A stretch of 64,000 nt of DNA, taken from positions 6,558 through 70,557 of IMG/VR virus record IMGVR_UViG_3300025168_011805, one strand, 5' to 3'. Source of the stretch: a virus. The stretch's first letter is position 1, and every line of letters begins with the position of its first letter. A model generated the notes under the pieces. That model worked only from the letters and a program-made list of their open reading frames with translations. It had not been told where the DNA came from and did not search any database. Below, in pieces: positions 1-9,414 of the stretch. Made by a program: the position numbers and the translations under genes.

Positions 1-591
1 GGACACTTTGAATTGACTGGGTACGAAGTTATGCGAGGAGTTAAATTTCATGGTGGCATGGATGACAATTTCCTAAAAAGATTCGAGATGGTTTTAAGTG
101 GACATTTTCATAGCAAAAGCAGTAAAAATAATGTTCATTACTTGGGGACTCCTTACCAAATGACATTCAGTGATTTGAATGATAAAAAGGGATTTCATAT
201 CTTAGACACAGAAACAAGAGAAATTGAATTCATTGAAAACCCAGAGAGAATGTTTTTCAGTTTCGAGTATGATGATACAAAAGAAAATAATGAAGTTTTA
301 GATATTGACTTGGAAGAATTTTCTAATAAATACATTAAGTTGTTCGTGAATAAAAAAGAAAATTCTGTTGAATTTGATTCATTTTTAGATACCCTAATGG
401 ATGTTGATAACTTAGATTTGACTGTTATTGAAGATATGGGTGATGTTGAATTTGATGAAGATATGATTGATATGGGACAAGATACGATCAGTATAATTTC
501 TAATGAAATAGATTTGAATACTGATTTAGATAATAAAGATTCTTTAAAACAATTAGCAAAAATGCTTTATATGGAGAGCTTATCACTATGA
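1..591 (+). CDS. gp47: T4 gp47-like recombination endonuclease subunit (Mre11/SbcD family), 5'-truncated by window edge
   Basis: Frame open from base 1 (GHFELTGYEV); SGHFH metallophosphoesterase motif, YLGTPYQMTFSD; upstream of gp46. Confidence 0.93.
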   Translation, partial: GHFELTGYEVMRGVKFHGGMDDNFLKRFEMVLSGHFHSKSSKNNVHYLGTPYQMTFSDLNDKKGFHILDTETREIEFIENPERMFFSFEYDDTKENNEVLDIDLEEFSNKYIKLFVNKKENSVEFDSFLDTLMDVDNLDLTVIEDMGDVEFDEDMIDMGQDTISIISNEIDLNTDLDNKDSLKQLAKMLYMESLSL

Positions 592-1301
592 GTGAAGACA
601 CACAAAGAAGACAAATGGTTTGGAAAAGACATATCAGCGGCGCTGAATTCTTTACTAAGGAAAATGGTAGACCGCATAAGAATGCGTTCGAAACTCCTGA
701 TTGTAAAATTAAATTCAGTGATGAAAAGCAGAGCTATGGTGTCTATGCAGAAAGAAATTACGAAGCCGGTGAAGTTATCGAAGAAGTTCCAGCACTTGTT
801 CTTCATACTACAGTTGAATCATTCGGCAAAAACTTTAATGATTTGATGGCTGCATCATTTCTCTATAAGTTTAGTTCCAACAATCCTATTGTGGATGAGC
901 TTGGACACCCCTTTGTCATTCCTATGGGAAATGGATTGGCTTATTCTAGATCAGAAGTTCCTAACGTTCACTGGAGTTTTGATAATACTTTCTCCACTAT
1001 TGTATATCGAGCATCTAGAAATATTGAAGATGGTCAGGAACTTACTATACTAACAATTCCGGGACAGCTCGGTCCTTCTGGAATTGAAGTTGCTTCTTTG
1101 AAGAAGAGTTCAGGTGGTTGTTCTAGCTGTGCAGAACGAGCAAAGCAAAAGAAAGAAGCAAAGCTCAAGAAGCAAGAAAAGTTTAAGTCCATGGAAAGTG
1201 ATGAGGTTTTAGAAACTGTAGTAGTTGAAGACGCATCAACTGAAGTTGTTGATACCAAAGAAAAAGAAACAATCACAGAGGCAACTGAAGAAACTAAGTA
1301 G
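588..1301 (+). CDS. SET-domain-like protein with degenerate motifs, CxxC and Lys/Glu-rich tail
   Basis: YGVYAERNYEAGEVIEE resembles the SET N-motif GxGVFAxxxIxxGExI; YSRSEVPN resembles NHSxxPN; RASRNIEDGQELT resembles AxRxIxxGEELT. Confidence 0.7.
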   Translation: MSEDTQRRQMVWKRHISGAEFFTKENGRPHKNAFETPDCKIKFSDEKQSYGVYAERNYEAGEVIEEVPALVLHTTVESFGKNFNDLMAASFLYKFSSNNPIVDELGHPFVIPMGNGLAYSRSEVPNVHWSFDNTFSTIVYRASRNIEDGQELTILTIPGQLGPSGIEVASLKKSSGGCSSCAERAKQKKEAKLKKQEKFKSMESDEVLETVVVEDASTEVVDTKEKETITEATEETK

Positions 1302-1313
1302 TCGGTTTAATTT

Positions 1314-3029
1314 ATGATCACATTTAATAATGTTCGATTTAAAAATTTTGGATCATTCGGAAATTATTTTACTGAAATAAACTTGGGTGGGAAGACAACC
1401 ACTCTTGTCACCGGAGCAAATGGTCATGGTAAGTCTTACGCTTTGTTGGACTCCATTACCTTTGCTTTGTTTGGCAAACCATTCCGTAGAATAAACATTC
1501 CACAATTAATTAATAGTATCAACAATAAAGATTGTTTAGTTGAACTTTCCTTTTCTGTTGGGACACACGAGTATAAGATAATACGAGGATTGAATCCCAA
1601 GATATTTGAAATCTATAAAGATGGAAAGTTATTGGATCAAAATGCAAAAGCTAAAGATTATCAACGAATGCTCGAAGAACAAGTTGTAAGAATGAACTAT
1701 AAAACATTCACTCAAATAGTTACTCTTGGTAGCTCCTCTTTTATTCCGTTCATGCAGTTGAGTGCCTCCGAAAGAAGATCTGTCATTGAAGATATTTTGG
1801 ACTTGAATGTTTTTAGTTTGATGAATGATGTGTTAAAAGAAAAAAGATCTTTACTTAGAGAAAAAATAAACAAAATTGATTCTGCTGTTTCCACGGTTAA
1901 AGAAAAAATTAATCTTCAGAAGAATCATATAGAGAGTCTAAAAGAAAAAGGTAAAGAAACCTTAGAAAATAATCAAAGTAAGATTGAAGAGTCTCAAAGT
2001 AAAATCGAAGAGTTTCAAAACAAAATTACTAGTTCAGAAAATAAAATAAAAGATCTAGAAGTTAACATAGAAGATAGATCATCAATTGAAAATTCTTTGA
2101 GTAAACTTGAGGAATTGGAATCGCAGATGAAAAGAAACATGAAGTCAATAAAGAAAGAAATTTCATTCTTTAATACCAACACTTCATGCCCTACTTGTGA
2201 TCAACCAATTGATTCTTCCTTCTGTGATGAAAAAACAAGTAATCTAGAAAAAAACATAACCGATTTACATCTTGGTTTGGAAAAAATTGACGATTCTATT
2301 GTAGAGAAAAAAGAAACATTATTTTCTTATCAAGATTTTATTAACAAGATCAAGGTTATTCAGGGTGAGATAACCAACTACAATTCTTCTGTTTCTGCAA
2401 TCTTTAAGTACATAAAAAAGATACAGGATGAAAACAACGAATTGCAATTGAGTGATTATGATGTCTCTGCCGAAGTTTCTCAGTTAGAAGATTTTAATTC
2501 TGAGTTAGAATCATTTCTTGACGAAAAGGAAAGTGTTCTGTCTACAAGAAGTGAATATCAATTTATGACAACTCTACTGAAAGACTCTGGGATTAAGGCA
2601 AAAATTATAAAACATTATTTGCCTATCATGAATAAACTGATCAATAAAAACTTAACTGAAATGGATTTCTTTGTTCAGTTTACTTTAGATGAAGAGTTCA
2701 ATGAAACAATCAAGAGTAGATTCAGAGATAATTTTACATATATGAGTTTTAGCGAAGGCGAAAAAATGAGAATAGACTTGGCTTTATTGTTAGCTTGGAG
2801 AGAAGTCGCCAAACTAAAAAATAGTGCAAGTTGCAATCTTTTGATTCTTGATGAAATTTTTGATTCTTCTCTGGACTCTGTTGGTACTGATGACTTAATG
2901 AAAATTTTAGATGGTCTCAGCCAAAAAAATAATATTTTTGTAATAAGTCATAAGGCAGATCAACTTGTAGATAAATTCAAAAATCATATTAAGTTTAAAA
3001 AGGTGAATAATTTTAGTAGGATGAAGTAA
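1314..3029 (+). CDS. gp46: T4 gp46-like recombination ATPase (Rad50/SbcC family)
   Basis: Walker A GANGHGKS, zinc hook CPTC, signature FSEGEK, Walker B LILDE, coiled coil. Confidence 0.97.
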   Translation: MITFNNVRFKNFGSFGNYFTEINLGGKTTTLVTGANGHGKSYALLDSITFALFGKPFRRINIPQLINSINNKDCLVELSFSVGTHEYKIIRGLNPKIFEIYKDGKLLDQNAKAKDYQRMLEEQVVRMNYKTFTQIVTLGSSSFIPFMQLSASERRSVIEDILDLNVFSLMNDVLKEKRSLLREKINKIDSAVSTVKEKINLQKNHIESLKEKGKETLENNQSKIEESQSKIEEFQNKITSSENKIKDLEVNIEDRSSIENSLSKLEELESQMKRNMKSIKKEISFFNTNTSCPTCDQPIDSSFCDEKTSNLEKNITDLHLGLEKIDDSIVEKKETLFSYQDFINKIKVIQGEITNYNSSVSAIFKYIKKIQDENNELQLSDYDVSAEVSQLEDFNSELESFLDEKESVLSTRSEYQFMTTLLKDSGIKAKIIKHYLPIMNKLINKNLTEMDFFVQFTLDEEFNETIKSRFRDNFTYMSFSEGEKMRIDLALLLAWREVAKLKNSASCNLLILDEIFDSSLDSVGTDDLMKILDGLSQKNNIFVISHKADQLVDKFKNHIKFKKVNNFSRMK

Positions 3030-3032
3030 TTT

Positions 3033-3788
3033 ATGCCAAGTCTATTCGATGATGATTGTGATATTGGTGATTGGATAGATCCAAATCCCGCCCCAGTGAT
3101 AGAAGAACACGAAGGATTTTCTATTGTTCGAGATGATCTTCTCGGAGGCGGATCTAAAGTTAGATTTGCAGATTATTTAATACAAAGTCAACCGGAGATA
3201 GAAGAATGGGTATATGGGAGTTCTCCCGCAACTGGGTACGCACAGATTTCTCTTTCGTACTTATGCCGCAAATATGGTAAAAAGGCAATTGTCTTTATGG
3301 CTGAACGTTCGATGGATAAACTACATGATTATCAGTTGCGGGCCATTGAAGAAGGTGCTATAATGAACTGGGTTCCAAATGGGATGCTGTCGGTGACAGA
3401 GAAAAGAGCAAGAGATTATGTGCAAGAAAGTCCTATCAATCGTAGATTACTTCCTATTGGGTTTGACCATCCTAGTGTTATTGCTTCCGTTACTAGGGTT
3501 GCTTTACGGTGCGATGTTCGACCAAACGAAGTATGGACAGTCGGTTCATCCGGAACCCTCACTAGAGGATTACAGCAAGCATGGCCAGATGCATCGTTCC
3601 ATTGTGTTGCTGTTGGACACAAAGGAGACTACGGAAGAGCAAAAGTCTATCACTGTGAAATCCCCTTCAACAAAGAAACAAAAGTGAAACCACCCTTTCC
3701 TTCTGCACCAACATACGATGCAAAGGCATGGGAATTTATGAAAAGGTATGCAAGTCCGGGTGCTTTATTTTGGAATGTAGGATCATGA
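3033..3788 (+). CDS. PLP-dependent enzyme (fold-type II, ACC deaminase/D-cysteine desulfhydrase-like), possibly DNA-base modification
   Basis: RDDLLGGGSKVR PLP-lysine motif, GSSGT phosphate-binding loop, YDAK, LFWNVG. Confidence 0.75.
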   Translation: MPSLFDDDCDIGDWIDPNPAPVIEEHEGFSIVRDDLLGGGSKVRFADYLIQSQPEIEEWVYGSSPATGYAQISLSYLCRKYGKKAIVFMAERSMDKLHDYQLRAIEEGAIMNWVPNGMLSVTEKRARDYVQESPINRRLLPIGFDHPSVIASVTRVALRCDVRPNEVWTVGSSGTLTRGLQQAWPDASFHCVAVGHKGDYGRAKVYHCEIPFNKETKVKPPFPSAPTYDAKAWEFMKRYASPGALFWNVGS

Positions 3789-5374
3789 AACAATTTTATG
3801 AACGAAATGATTATGTCATAAATTCAAAGGTGAATTGTAAGTTTGAAGATCTTCTTGCAATGACACCAGATGAATTTAAAGACTGGGTTATTGAATTGAG
3901 AAAAGTTTTGACTTACTCATGGGACAATTATGGTTGTCCTCCTCGCACTGGGAAGTCTGAAACTGATATCATCAAAGCATTCAATAAGCTTGCGGAATAT
4001 CCAGTTCATACATTTACAAACACTGATGAATTATCAGATATAGATGATGATGTGATCATAAACAAATCAAGACTGGGAGTGGAAGTCGATCAGTTTTTTG
4101 ATAATATGTTTAAGACTAGAATAAATTATTCCGACAAAGACAATGGACACTCCATCTATGACTTGATTGCAAATGATGATTATTTGGATCGAGTTGTAAA
4201 AGGTGCGTCTAGGCATTTCAGAAGAGATTCATTTTACTCACATGCTCTTTCTACTATAAAAAATAGTAAGAAGTATTCCGTTGTTGATGTTGACTCTGGT
4301 GAGGAATGGATTGATATATTTTTTACAAACCAAAGTCTGTTTGATGGATATGATTTCTTCTTAGAAGAAGTAAAAATCAGAGAGGGTTTGAATACTAGTT
4401 ATTTTCAGATTGAACAGTCAGAGATTCTGCAACTAACAAAAGATGAAGTTCAAAAGTATAAAGATTGTGGTTGGTTGCAATATAAACACTACTCTACATT
4501 TGATATTGAAAATATGGCTGACGATAAGGTTTATTCTATTAGACTCTATAAAAAAGATAAACCAATGTTCCCCGGAGGCTTCAAAGCTTTTCGTATAGGT
4601 TATATCCAACCAGCGGTAAACTTTCCTCCCACTACAGCTAAATATTTGTATGAGAGATATACTGAACAAATTAAACAACAAGAACAAATCAGAATTTACG
4701 ATCCAAGTTCAGGCTGGGGTGGTAGAATTTTGGGTGCTATGTGTGCTCGTGATGATAGGAATATTCTTTATATTGGCACTGATCCCAATCCTGACAATTT
4801 CTTTCCTGATAACACTTCTAAATATAGTCTGGTTGCCGATTTCTATAATACTAAAACGTACCGTGGAAATCCTTTCTTTAGCTCTACAAACAATTACGAA
4901 CTATATCAACTTGGCTCCGAAGTAATTCATGAAGATCCGGGGTTCCAGAAACACAAAGGAAAACTTGATTTAATATTCACTTCACCTCCCTACTTCAATA
5001 GAGAGGCATATAGTGAAGATGAGAATCAATCATTTAAGAAGTTTGGTTCTTCGTATGAATCATGGAGAGATGGATTTCTTGAACCCACACTAAAGACTTG
5101 TGTTGAATATTTAAAAAATGATAGATATCTCCTGTGGAATGTCGCAGACATTTTAGTCAAAGGTGAGTATCTGCCTATAGAGAAAGATTCTATTGAAATT
5201 CTTGAATCTTATGGTATGATATTCAAGTACAAGTTAAAAATGGGATTGGAATCCATGCCAGGTCAAAACCGAGTGGACGAAAACGGAATCCCAAAGTGTA
5301 AGAATTATTGTCAAGTCAAAGGAAAATATCTAAAGTATGAACCAGTGTTTGTATTTTGGAAGCCAGGAGATTAA
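3785..5374 (+). CDS. Amino-type (N6-A/N4-C) DNA methyltransferase with long N-terminal region
   Basis: SAM-binding DPSSGWGGR and catalytic FTSPPYF; ATG at 3785 overlaps the upstream TGA (ATGA). Confidence 0.85.
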   Translation: MKQFYERNDYVINSKVNCKFEDLLAMTPDEFKDWVIELRKVLTYSWDNYGCPPRTGKSETDIIKAFNKLAEYPVHTFTNTDELSDIDDDVIINKSRLGVEVDQFFDNMFKTRINYSDKDNGHSIYDLIANDDYLDRVVKGASRHFRRDSFYSHALSTIKNSKKYSVVDVDSGEEWIDIFFTNQSLFDGYDFFLEEVKIREGLNTSYFQIEQSEILQLTKDEVQKYKDCGWLQYKHYSTFDIENMADDKVYSIRLYKKDKPMFPGGFKAFRIGYIQPAVNFPPTTAKYLYERYTEQIKQQEQIRIYDPSSGWGGRILGAMCARDDRNILYIGTDPNPDNFFPDNTSKYSLVADFYNTKTYRGNPFFSSTNNYELYQLGSEVIHEDPGFQKHKGKLDLIFTSPPYFNREAYSEDENQSFKKFGSSYESWRDGFLEPTLKTCVEYLKNDRYLLWNVADILVKGEYLPIEKDSIEILESYGMIFKYKLKMGLESMPGQNRVDENGIPKCKNYCQVKGKYLKYEPVFVFWKPGD

Positions 5375-5376
5375 AA

Positions 5377-6075
5377 ATGAACGGTGACACGCCGGGTGCT
5401 ATAGTCGAAACATGGATTGATGAATATATCGCCTCCCTACAAAACAATACAACTCTTCGTAAGAGAAGCGCAAAAGGTTTGTGCAGCGCATACAAAATGC
5501 CAAAAAAAGAAGCTAGATTCATTGCAGAAAGATTTAGAACTTTTGAAAATGAATTGGAGTGTAGTATAAATGAAACTGATCCTGATTTAGTAGAGGGTTG
5601 GTCTTATTTGTCAAAAACAAAACAAAAGAAACTTCTTCTTTATGTCACTTCTATTGCAGATGAATTCGAATCGAGGAGTAAGATTGTAAGAAAGAAGAAA
5701 AAGATAACTCCAGAAAAGATGGTTAAGAATGTAAAGTACCAAGAGTCTTGGGACGAGCACTCAGTTGAATCGGTAGATTCAACAAAAGTAGTTGGTGCTA
5801 ATGGTTTGATCGCATTCAATACTAAACAGAATAAAATATTCTATTACGAATGTTCGGAAAAAGAAGGATTTGTTTTTAAGGGAACAACCATACAAAACTA
5901 CAACCCTGAGTTGTCTTTTTGTAAATCTGCCGGAAGAAATATAAAAACTCTTCTGGGGAGTTGTTGTTCAGGAGGAAAGAATTTTTCTTTAAATACATTA
6001 GACAAGATAAATACTAAAAAGCTTCCTGTCACTGGAAGAATAAATGACAAGACTCTTTTGTTGAGGTGCTTTTAA
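5377..6075 (+). CDS. Hypothetical T4-like phage protein
   Basis: Long ORF in operon context; FNTK..GF..KGTTI C-terminal pattern recalled from T4-like phages. Confidence 0.7.
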   Translation: MNGDTPGAIVETWIDEYIASLQNNTTLRKRSAKGLCSAYKMPKKEARFIAERFRTFENELECSINETDPDLVEGWSYLSKTKQKKLLLYVTSIADEFESRSKIVRKKKKITPEKMVKNVKYQESWDEHSVESVDSTKVVGANGLIAFNTKQNKIFYYECSEKEGFVFKGTTIQNYNPELSFCKSAGRNIKTLLGSCCSGGKNFSLNTLDKINTKKLPVTGRINDKTLLLRCF

Positions 6076-6392
6076 TGGTACAATTTGACTCTTTTAATTT
6101 TATAGGCAACTACAAATTTTCAAATGAAAATGGAGTTCCTATCACATATGAATATGGCGATCTTGTAATAAAAAATTCTAGATTGTATGCCGCGTCAAAA
6201 ACAATAACTGGTGTATCTCCCGAAGTGGGAGAACGAGAAGGTTGGATTATGATGGGCAAATCACAAAACTTTTTCAATGACAATACAGTTCCCTTTTCCG
6301 CAAAGGTTGGTGACGAGTGGATAGATTCTGCCACAGGTAGGGTTTATAAGTACATCAAAGATGACAATGGAAAACACTGGGTTGAGACTTGA
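6075..6392 (+). CDS. Small hypothetical protein with fibre-type GDEWIDxxTGRVY module
   Basis: TAATG coupling with upstream gene; C-terminal module resembles the end of the collagen-like protein. Confidence 0.65.
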   Translation: MVQFDSFNFIGNYKFSNENGVPITYEYGDLVIKNSRLYAASKTITGVSPEVGEREGWIMMGKSQNFFNDNTVPFSAKVGDEWIDSATGRVYKYIKDDNGKHWVET

Positions 6393-6416
6393 TTTTTAAT
6401 TAAATTATGATAGAAT
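6389..6416 (+). promoter_or_regulatory. Sigma70-type promoter TTGATT-16-TAGAAT with extended TGn, probably giving leaderless rnh mRNA
   Basis: Hexamers read from sequence; ATG 7 nt after the -10 box. Confidence 0.55.
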
Positions 6417-6423
6417 GTATAAC

Positions 6424-7263
6424 ATGATACTAATAGACAACAACCAAATTATCTTATCGAATATTTTCCAATCTATAAAATACAATAATGAAATGGATAT
6501 CGATTTTATTCGTCATCTAGTTCTGAACACTTACAGATCTTATAGAAAAAAGTTCTCTGCTGAATATGGTGAAATTATTATTTGTCACGACTCTCCTGAT
6601 TGCTGGAGAAAAAATGTATTTTCATATTACAAAGCACAGAGAAGAAAAAAGCAAAAAGACTCTGATGTTGATTGGAATAAAATTTTCGAATACTTACATA
6701 TCATTAGAAATGAAGTAGAAGAAAATCTACCCTACAAAAATATCTCAGCACAAAATACAGAAGCTGATGATGTCATTGCAGTTATAGCAAAACGATTCTA
6801 CAAACAGGAAAAGATTCTTATCATCTCTAGTGATAAAGACTTCCAACAACTTCAAAGATATGGAAATATAAAACAATACAGTCCAAGTAAAAAAGACTTT
6901 GTTGTGTGTGAAGATCCGGAAACATATCTTCTGGAACATGTGTTGAGGGGAGATTCGTCTGATGGAATCCCAAATGTTCTTTCGGACGATGATTGTTTCA
7001 TAGAGGAAACTAAAAAGCAACGTCCTCTAACAAAGAAGAAGCTCGCACAATATAAAGAAACCACAATAGGTGAAGATGATCCAATGTTTAAGAATTGGAA
7101 TAGAAATAAAGTCTTGGTTGATTTCGAAGAAATACCCAATGATATTCAGGATAGGATACATCTCAACTTTGATGATTCAACCTATGGTGATCGTTCGAAA
7201 ATTTTAAATTACTTTATAACCAAGAAATTAGTAAAGCTTGTTAATTATTTGGAGGATTTTTAA
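6424..7263 (+). CDS. rnh: T4 RNase H (5'-3' exonuclease, FEN family)
   Basis: MILIDNNQ, YKAQR, EADDVIA, SSDKDFQQL, GDSSDGIPN. Confidence 0.95.
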   Translation: MILIDNNQIILSNIFQSIKYNNEMDIDFIRHLVLNTYRSYRKKFSAEYGEIIICHDSPDCWRKNVFSYYKAQRRKKQKDSDVDWNKIFEYLHIIRNEVEENLPYKNISAQNTEADDVIAVIAKRFYKQEKILIISSDKDFQQLQRYGNIKQYSPSKKDFVVCEDPETYLLEHVLRGDSSDGIPNVLSDDDCFIEETKKQRPLTKKKLAQYKETTIGEDDPMFKNWNRNKVLVDFEEIPNDIQDRIHLNFDDSTYGDRSKILNYFITKKLVKLVNYLEDF

Positions 7264-7461
7264 TTGAAAAACAAATCCACCCGTGGTAAGATCAAGTCTA
7301 CCTCAAGTGAGGAAGATTATTCTTTTGGAAAAAAAGGTAGTCAAAGAAGAAAATCAAGCAGACATCAAGCAAAAAAATTGCTTAGAGATGTTAAACAAGG
7401 AAATATAGATGACAGTGATTATGAAGAAAACATGGAAAATTTTGATCAGTGGAGTGATTAA
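7264..7461 (+). CDS. Small charged hypothetical protein
   Basis: Fills gap between rnh and gp45; GGAGG upstream of TTG start. Confidence 0.55.
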   Translation: MKNKSTRGKIKSTSSEEDYSFGKKGSQRRKSSRHQAKKLLRDVKQGNIDDSDYEENMENFDQWSD

Positions 7462-8141
7462 TGAAATTAAGTAAAAACACATTTTCGATTCTAAAAAACT
7501 TTTCTAGTCTAAACTCAAATATTCTAGTTAAAGAAGGAAATGTTTTGAAGACCCTTACCCCCGCCAAGAATGTAATGGCAGAAGCTACTGTTGAAGAAGA
7601 CTTCGCAACACAATTTGGAATCTGGGATCTTGGTAAATTCTTAGGAACAATTTCTCTTTTCTCAGATCCTGATTTTGAATTTGAAGAAGGGTATGTTTCT
7701 ATCAAGGGATCTAATAATTCTTTGATTAAGTATTTTTATTCAGAACCAAGTCTGCTTACAGTACCCACCAAAGAAATTGATATGCCTGATACTGTTGTTA
7801 GTTTCGGTTGGAAGCAAGATATATTCAATGACTTGCAAAGAGCTGCGGCTGTTCTTCAGCTCCCCGATCTTTGTATCCACAATACTGATGATGGTGTCTT
7901 CGCTGAAGTTCTGGATAAAGCTGATCGAACTACTAACTCGTACTCGGTTGAGTTGGGAGATGCTGTATATGATGAGTCTGCTGCCTTTAAATATTACTTC
8001 AAGGTAGAGAACCTGAAAATGCTTCAGGGAGATTATACAGTGAATATTACAGAAAAGGTTGTTAGTGAATTTTGTAATGCTAGTGGACTTGATCTAAAGT
8101 ATTGGGTTGCTCTTGAATCTGACTCTGTTTACTCTGTTTGA
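7461..8141 (+). CDS. gp45: Sliding clamp
   Basis: MKLSKNTFSILKNFSSLN, FGIWDL, YWVALE; synteny with gp44. Confidence 0.95.
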   Translation: MKLSKNTFSILKNFSSLNSNILVKEGNVLKTLTPAKNVMAEATVEEDFATQFGIWDLGKFLGTISLFSDPDFEFEEGYVSIKGSNNSLIKYFYSEPSLLTVPTKEIDMPDTVVSFGWKQDIFNDLQRAAAVLQLPDLCIHNTDDGVFAEVLDKADRTTNSYSVELGDAVYDESAAFKYYFKVENLKMLQGDYTVNITEKVVSEFCNASGLDLKYWVALESDSVYSV

Positions 8142-8156
8142 TTAAAAAATTATAAT
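8128..8156 (+). promoter_or_regulatory. Putative sigma70 promoter TTTACT-17-TATAAT for gp44
   Basis: Hexamers and spacing read from sequence; GAGG RBS follows. Confidence 0.45.
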
Positions 8157-8167
8157 GAGGAATCATA

Positions 8168-9118
8168 ATGACCATCGTGGAAACTCAACACTACTTGTGG
8201 GTTGAAAAATATAGACCATCTAAAATTGAAGAGTGTGTCTTACCAGAAGACATAAAAAAGATTTTCTCTGACATTGTAGCAAGTGGAGAATCTCAAAACC
8301 TTCTTCTATGTGGAGGACCTGGTTGCGGAAAAACTACTGTTGCAAAGGCTCTTTGTAAAGAACTGGGTACAGACTACCTAATGATCAACTGTTCGGAGGA
8401 TGGAAACATCGATACTCTCCGAACAAAGATTAGAAATTTTGCCAGCACGGTTTCTTTGACAAACCAAAAGAAGGTTGTAATTCTTGATGAGTTTGATTAT
8501 TCAAATGCACAGTCAACTCAACCTGCACTCAGAGGATTCATAGAAGAGTTCTCTAAAAACTGTAGGTTTATCTTGACTTGCAATTTCAAGAATCGAATCA
8601 TCGAACCAATTCATTCTAGATGTACCGTTGTAAACTTCAACATAGCATCGAAAGAGAAACCAAAACTCGCCATACAAATTCTAGATAGGATCAAAACAAT
8701 CCTTGACAATGAAGGCGTTCCTTATGAAGAAAAGGTTTTGGTTGGATTGGTAATGAAATATTTTCCTGATTTCAGGAGAATCATAAATGAATTGCAAAAG
8801 TATTCTGTCTCTGGTACAATTGATGTTGGTATATTGTCAGATGTTTCTGAAATTAAAATCAAAGAATTGGCTTCTTCAATGAAGAAGAAAGATTTTACTT
8901 CAGTTAGGAAGTGGGTTATTGAAAACTTAGATAACGATCAAACCCACATATTCAGAAAGATCTACGATGGAATGAATACATATGTTATTGCATCTTCAGT
9001 TCCACAGTCTATTTTGATTTTGGCTGATTATCAATACAAATCTGCGTTTGTTGCAGATCACGAAATTAACTTAACCGCATGTTTAGTAGAACTAATGATG
9101 GAGTGTGAATTCAAATGA
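8168..9118 (+). CDS. gp44: Clamp loader large subunit (AAA+)
   Basis: LWVEKYRP, GGPGCGKTT, LDEFD, SRC motif. Confidence 0.97.
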   Translation: MTIVETQHYLWVEKYRPSKIEECVLPEDIKKIFSDIVASGESQNLLLCGGPGCGKTTVAKALCKELGTDYLMINCSEDGNIDTLRTKIRNFASTVSLTNQKKVVILDEFDYSNAQSTQPALRGFIEEFSKNCRFILTCNFKNRIIEPIHSRCTVVNFNIASKEKPKLAIQILDRIKTILDNEGVPYEEKVLVGLVMKYFPDFRRIINELQKYSVSGTIDVGILSDVSEIKIKELASSMKKKDFTSVRKWVIENLDNDQTHIFRKIYDGMNTYVIASSVPQSILILADYQYKSAFVADHEINLTACLVELMMECEFK

Positions 9119-9414
9119 AATATTCTGCACAGGGTGACTATATCCTAGTACAAAAAATCGATTACAACGAAGAACAAAAAACTGATTCTGGTATTATTTT
9201 CAAGACAAGTCAGGTACTGAGTACATCTTTTGCTCAAGCCACTGTTATTACCATGGGACCCGGAACTCCAGGTCTCGATGGAAAGGTAGCTAAAGTGGAT
9301 TATAAAGTGGGGGACATTGTTCTCTACGAAGTAAGTAAGAGAATTGGTATTCATGATAAATTTGACCTACTCAAAAGAGAAGATATTGTGGCGGTAGTTG
9401 ATGAATCTGAGTGA
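9115..9414 (+). CDS. groES: GroES/Cpn10 co-chaperonin
   Basis: GDYILVQ..EQKTDSGII mobile loop, VITMGPG, KVGDIVLY, EDIVAVV. Confidence 0.85.
   Translation: MKYSAQGDYILVQKIDYNEEQKTDSGIIFKTSQVLSTSFAQATVITMGPGTPGLDGKVAKVDYKVGDIVLYEVSKRIGIHDKFDLLKREDIVAVVDESE

Noticed and set aside
3728-3784. Upstream extensions given by the ORF track (e.g. starts at 3728, 9765, 54173, 62340)
   Set aside because: Downstream ATGs fit RBS, gene-overlap or promoter positions and family N-termini better.
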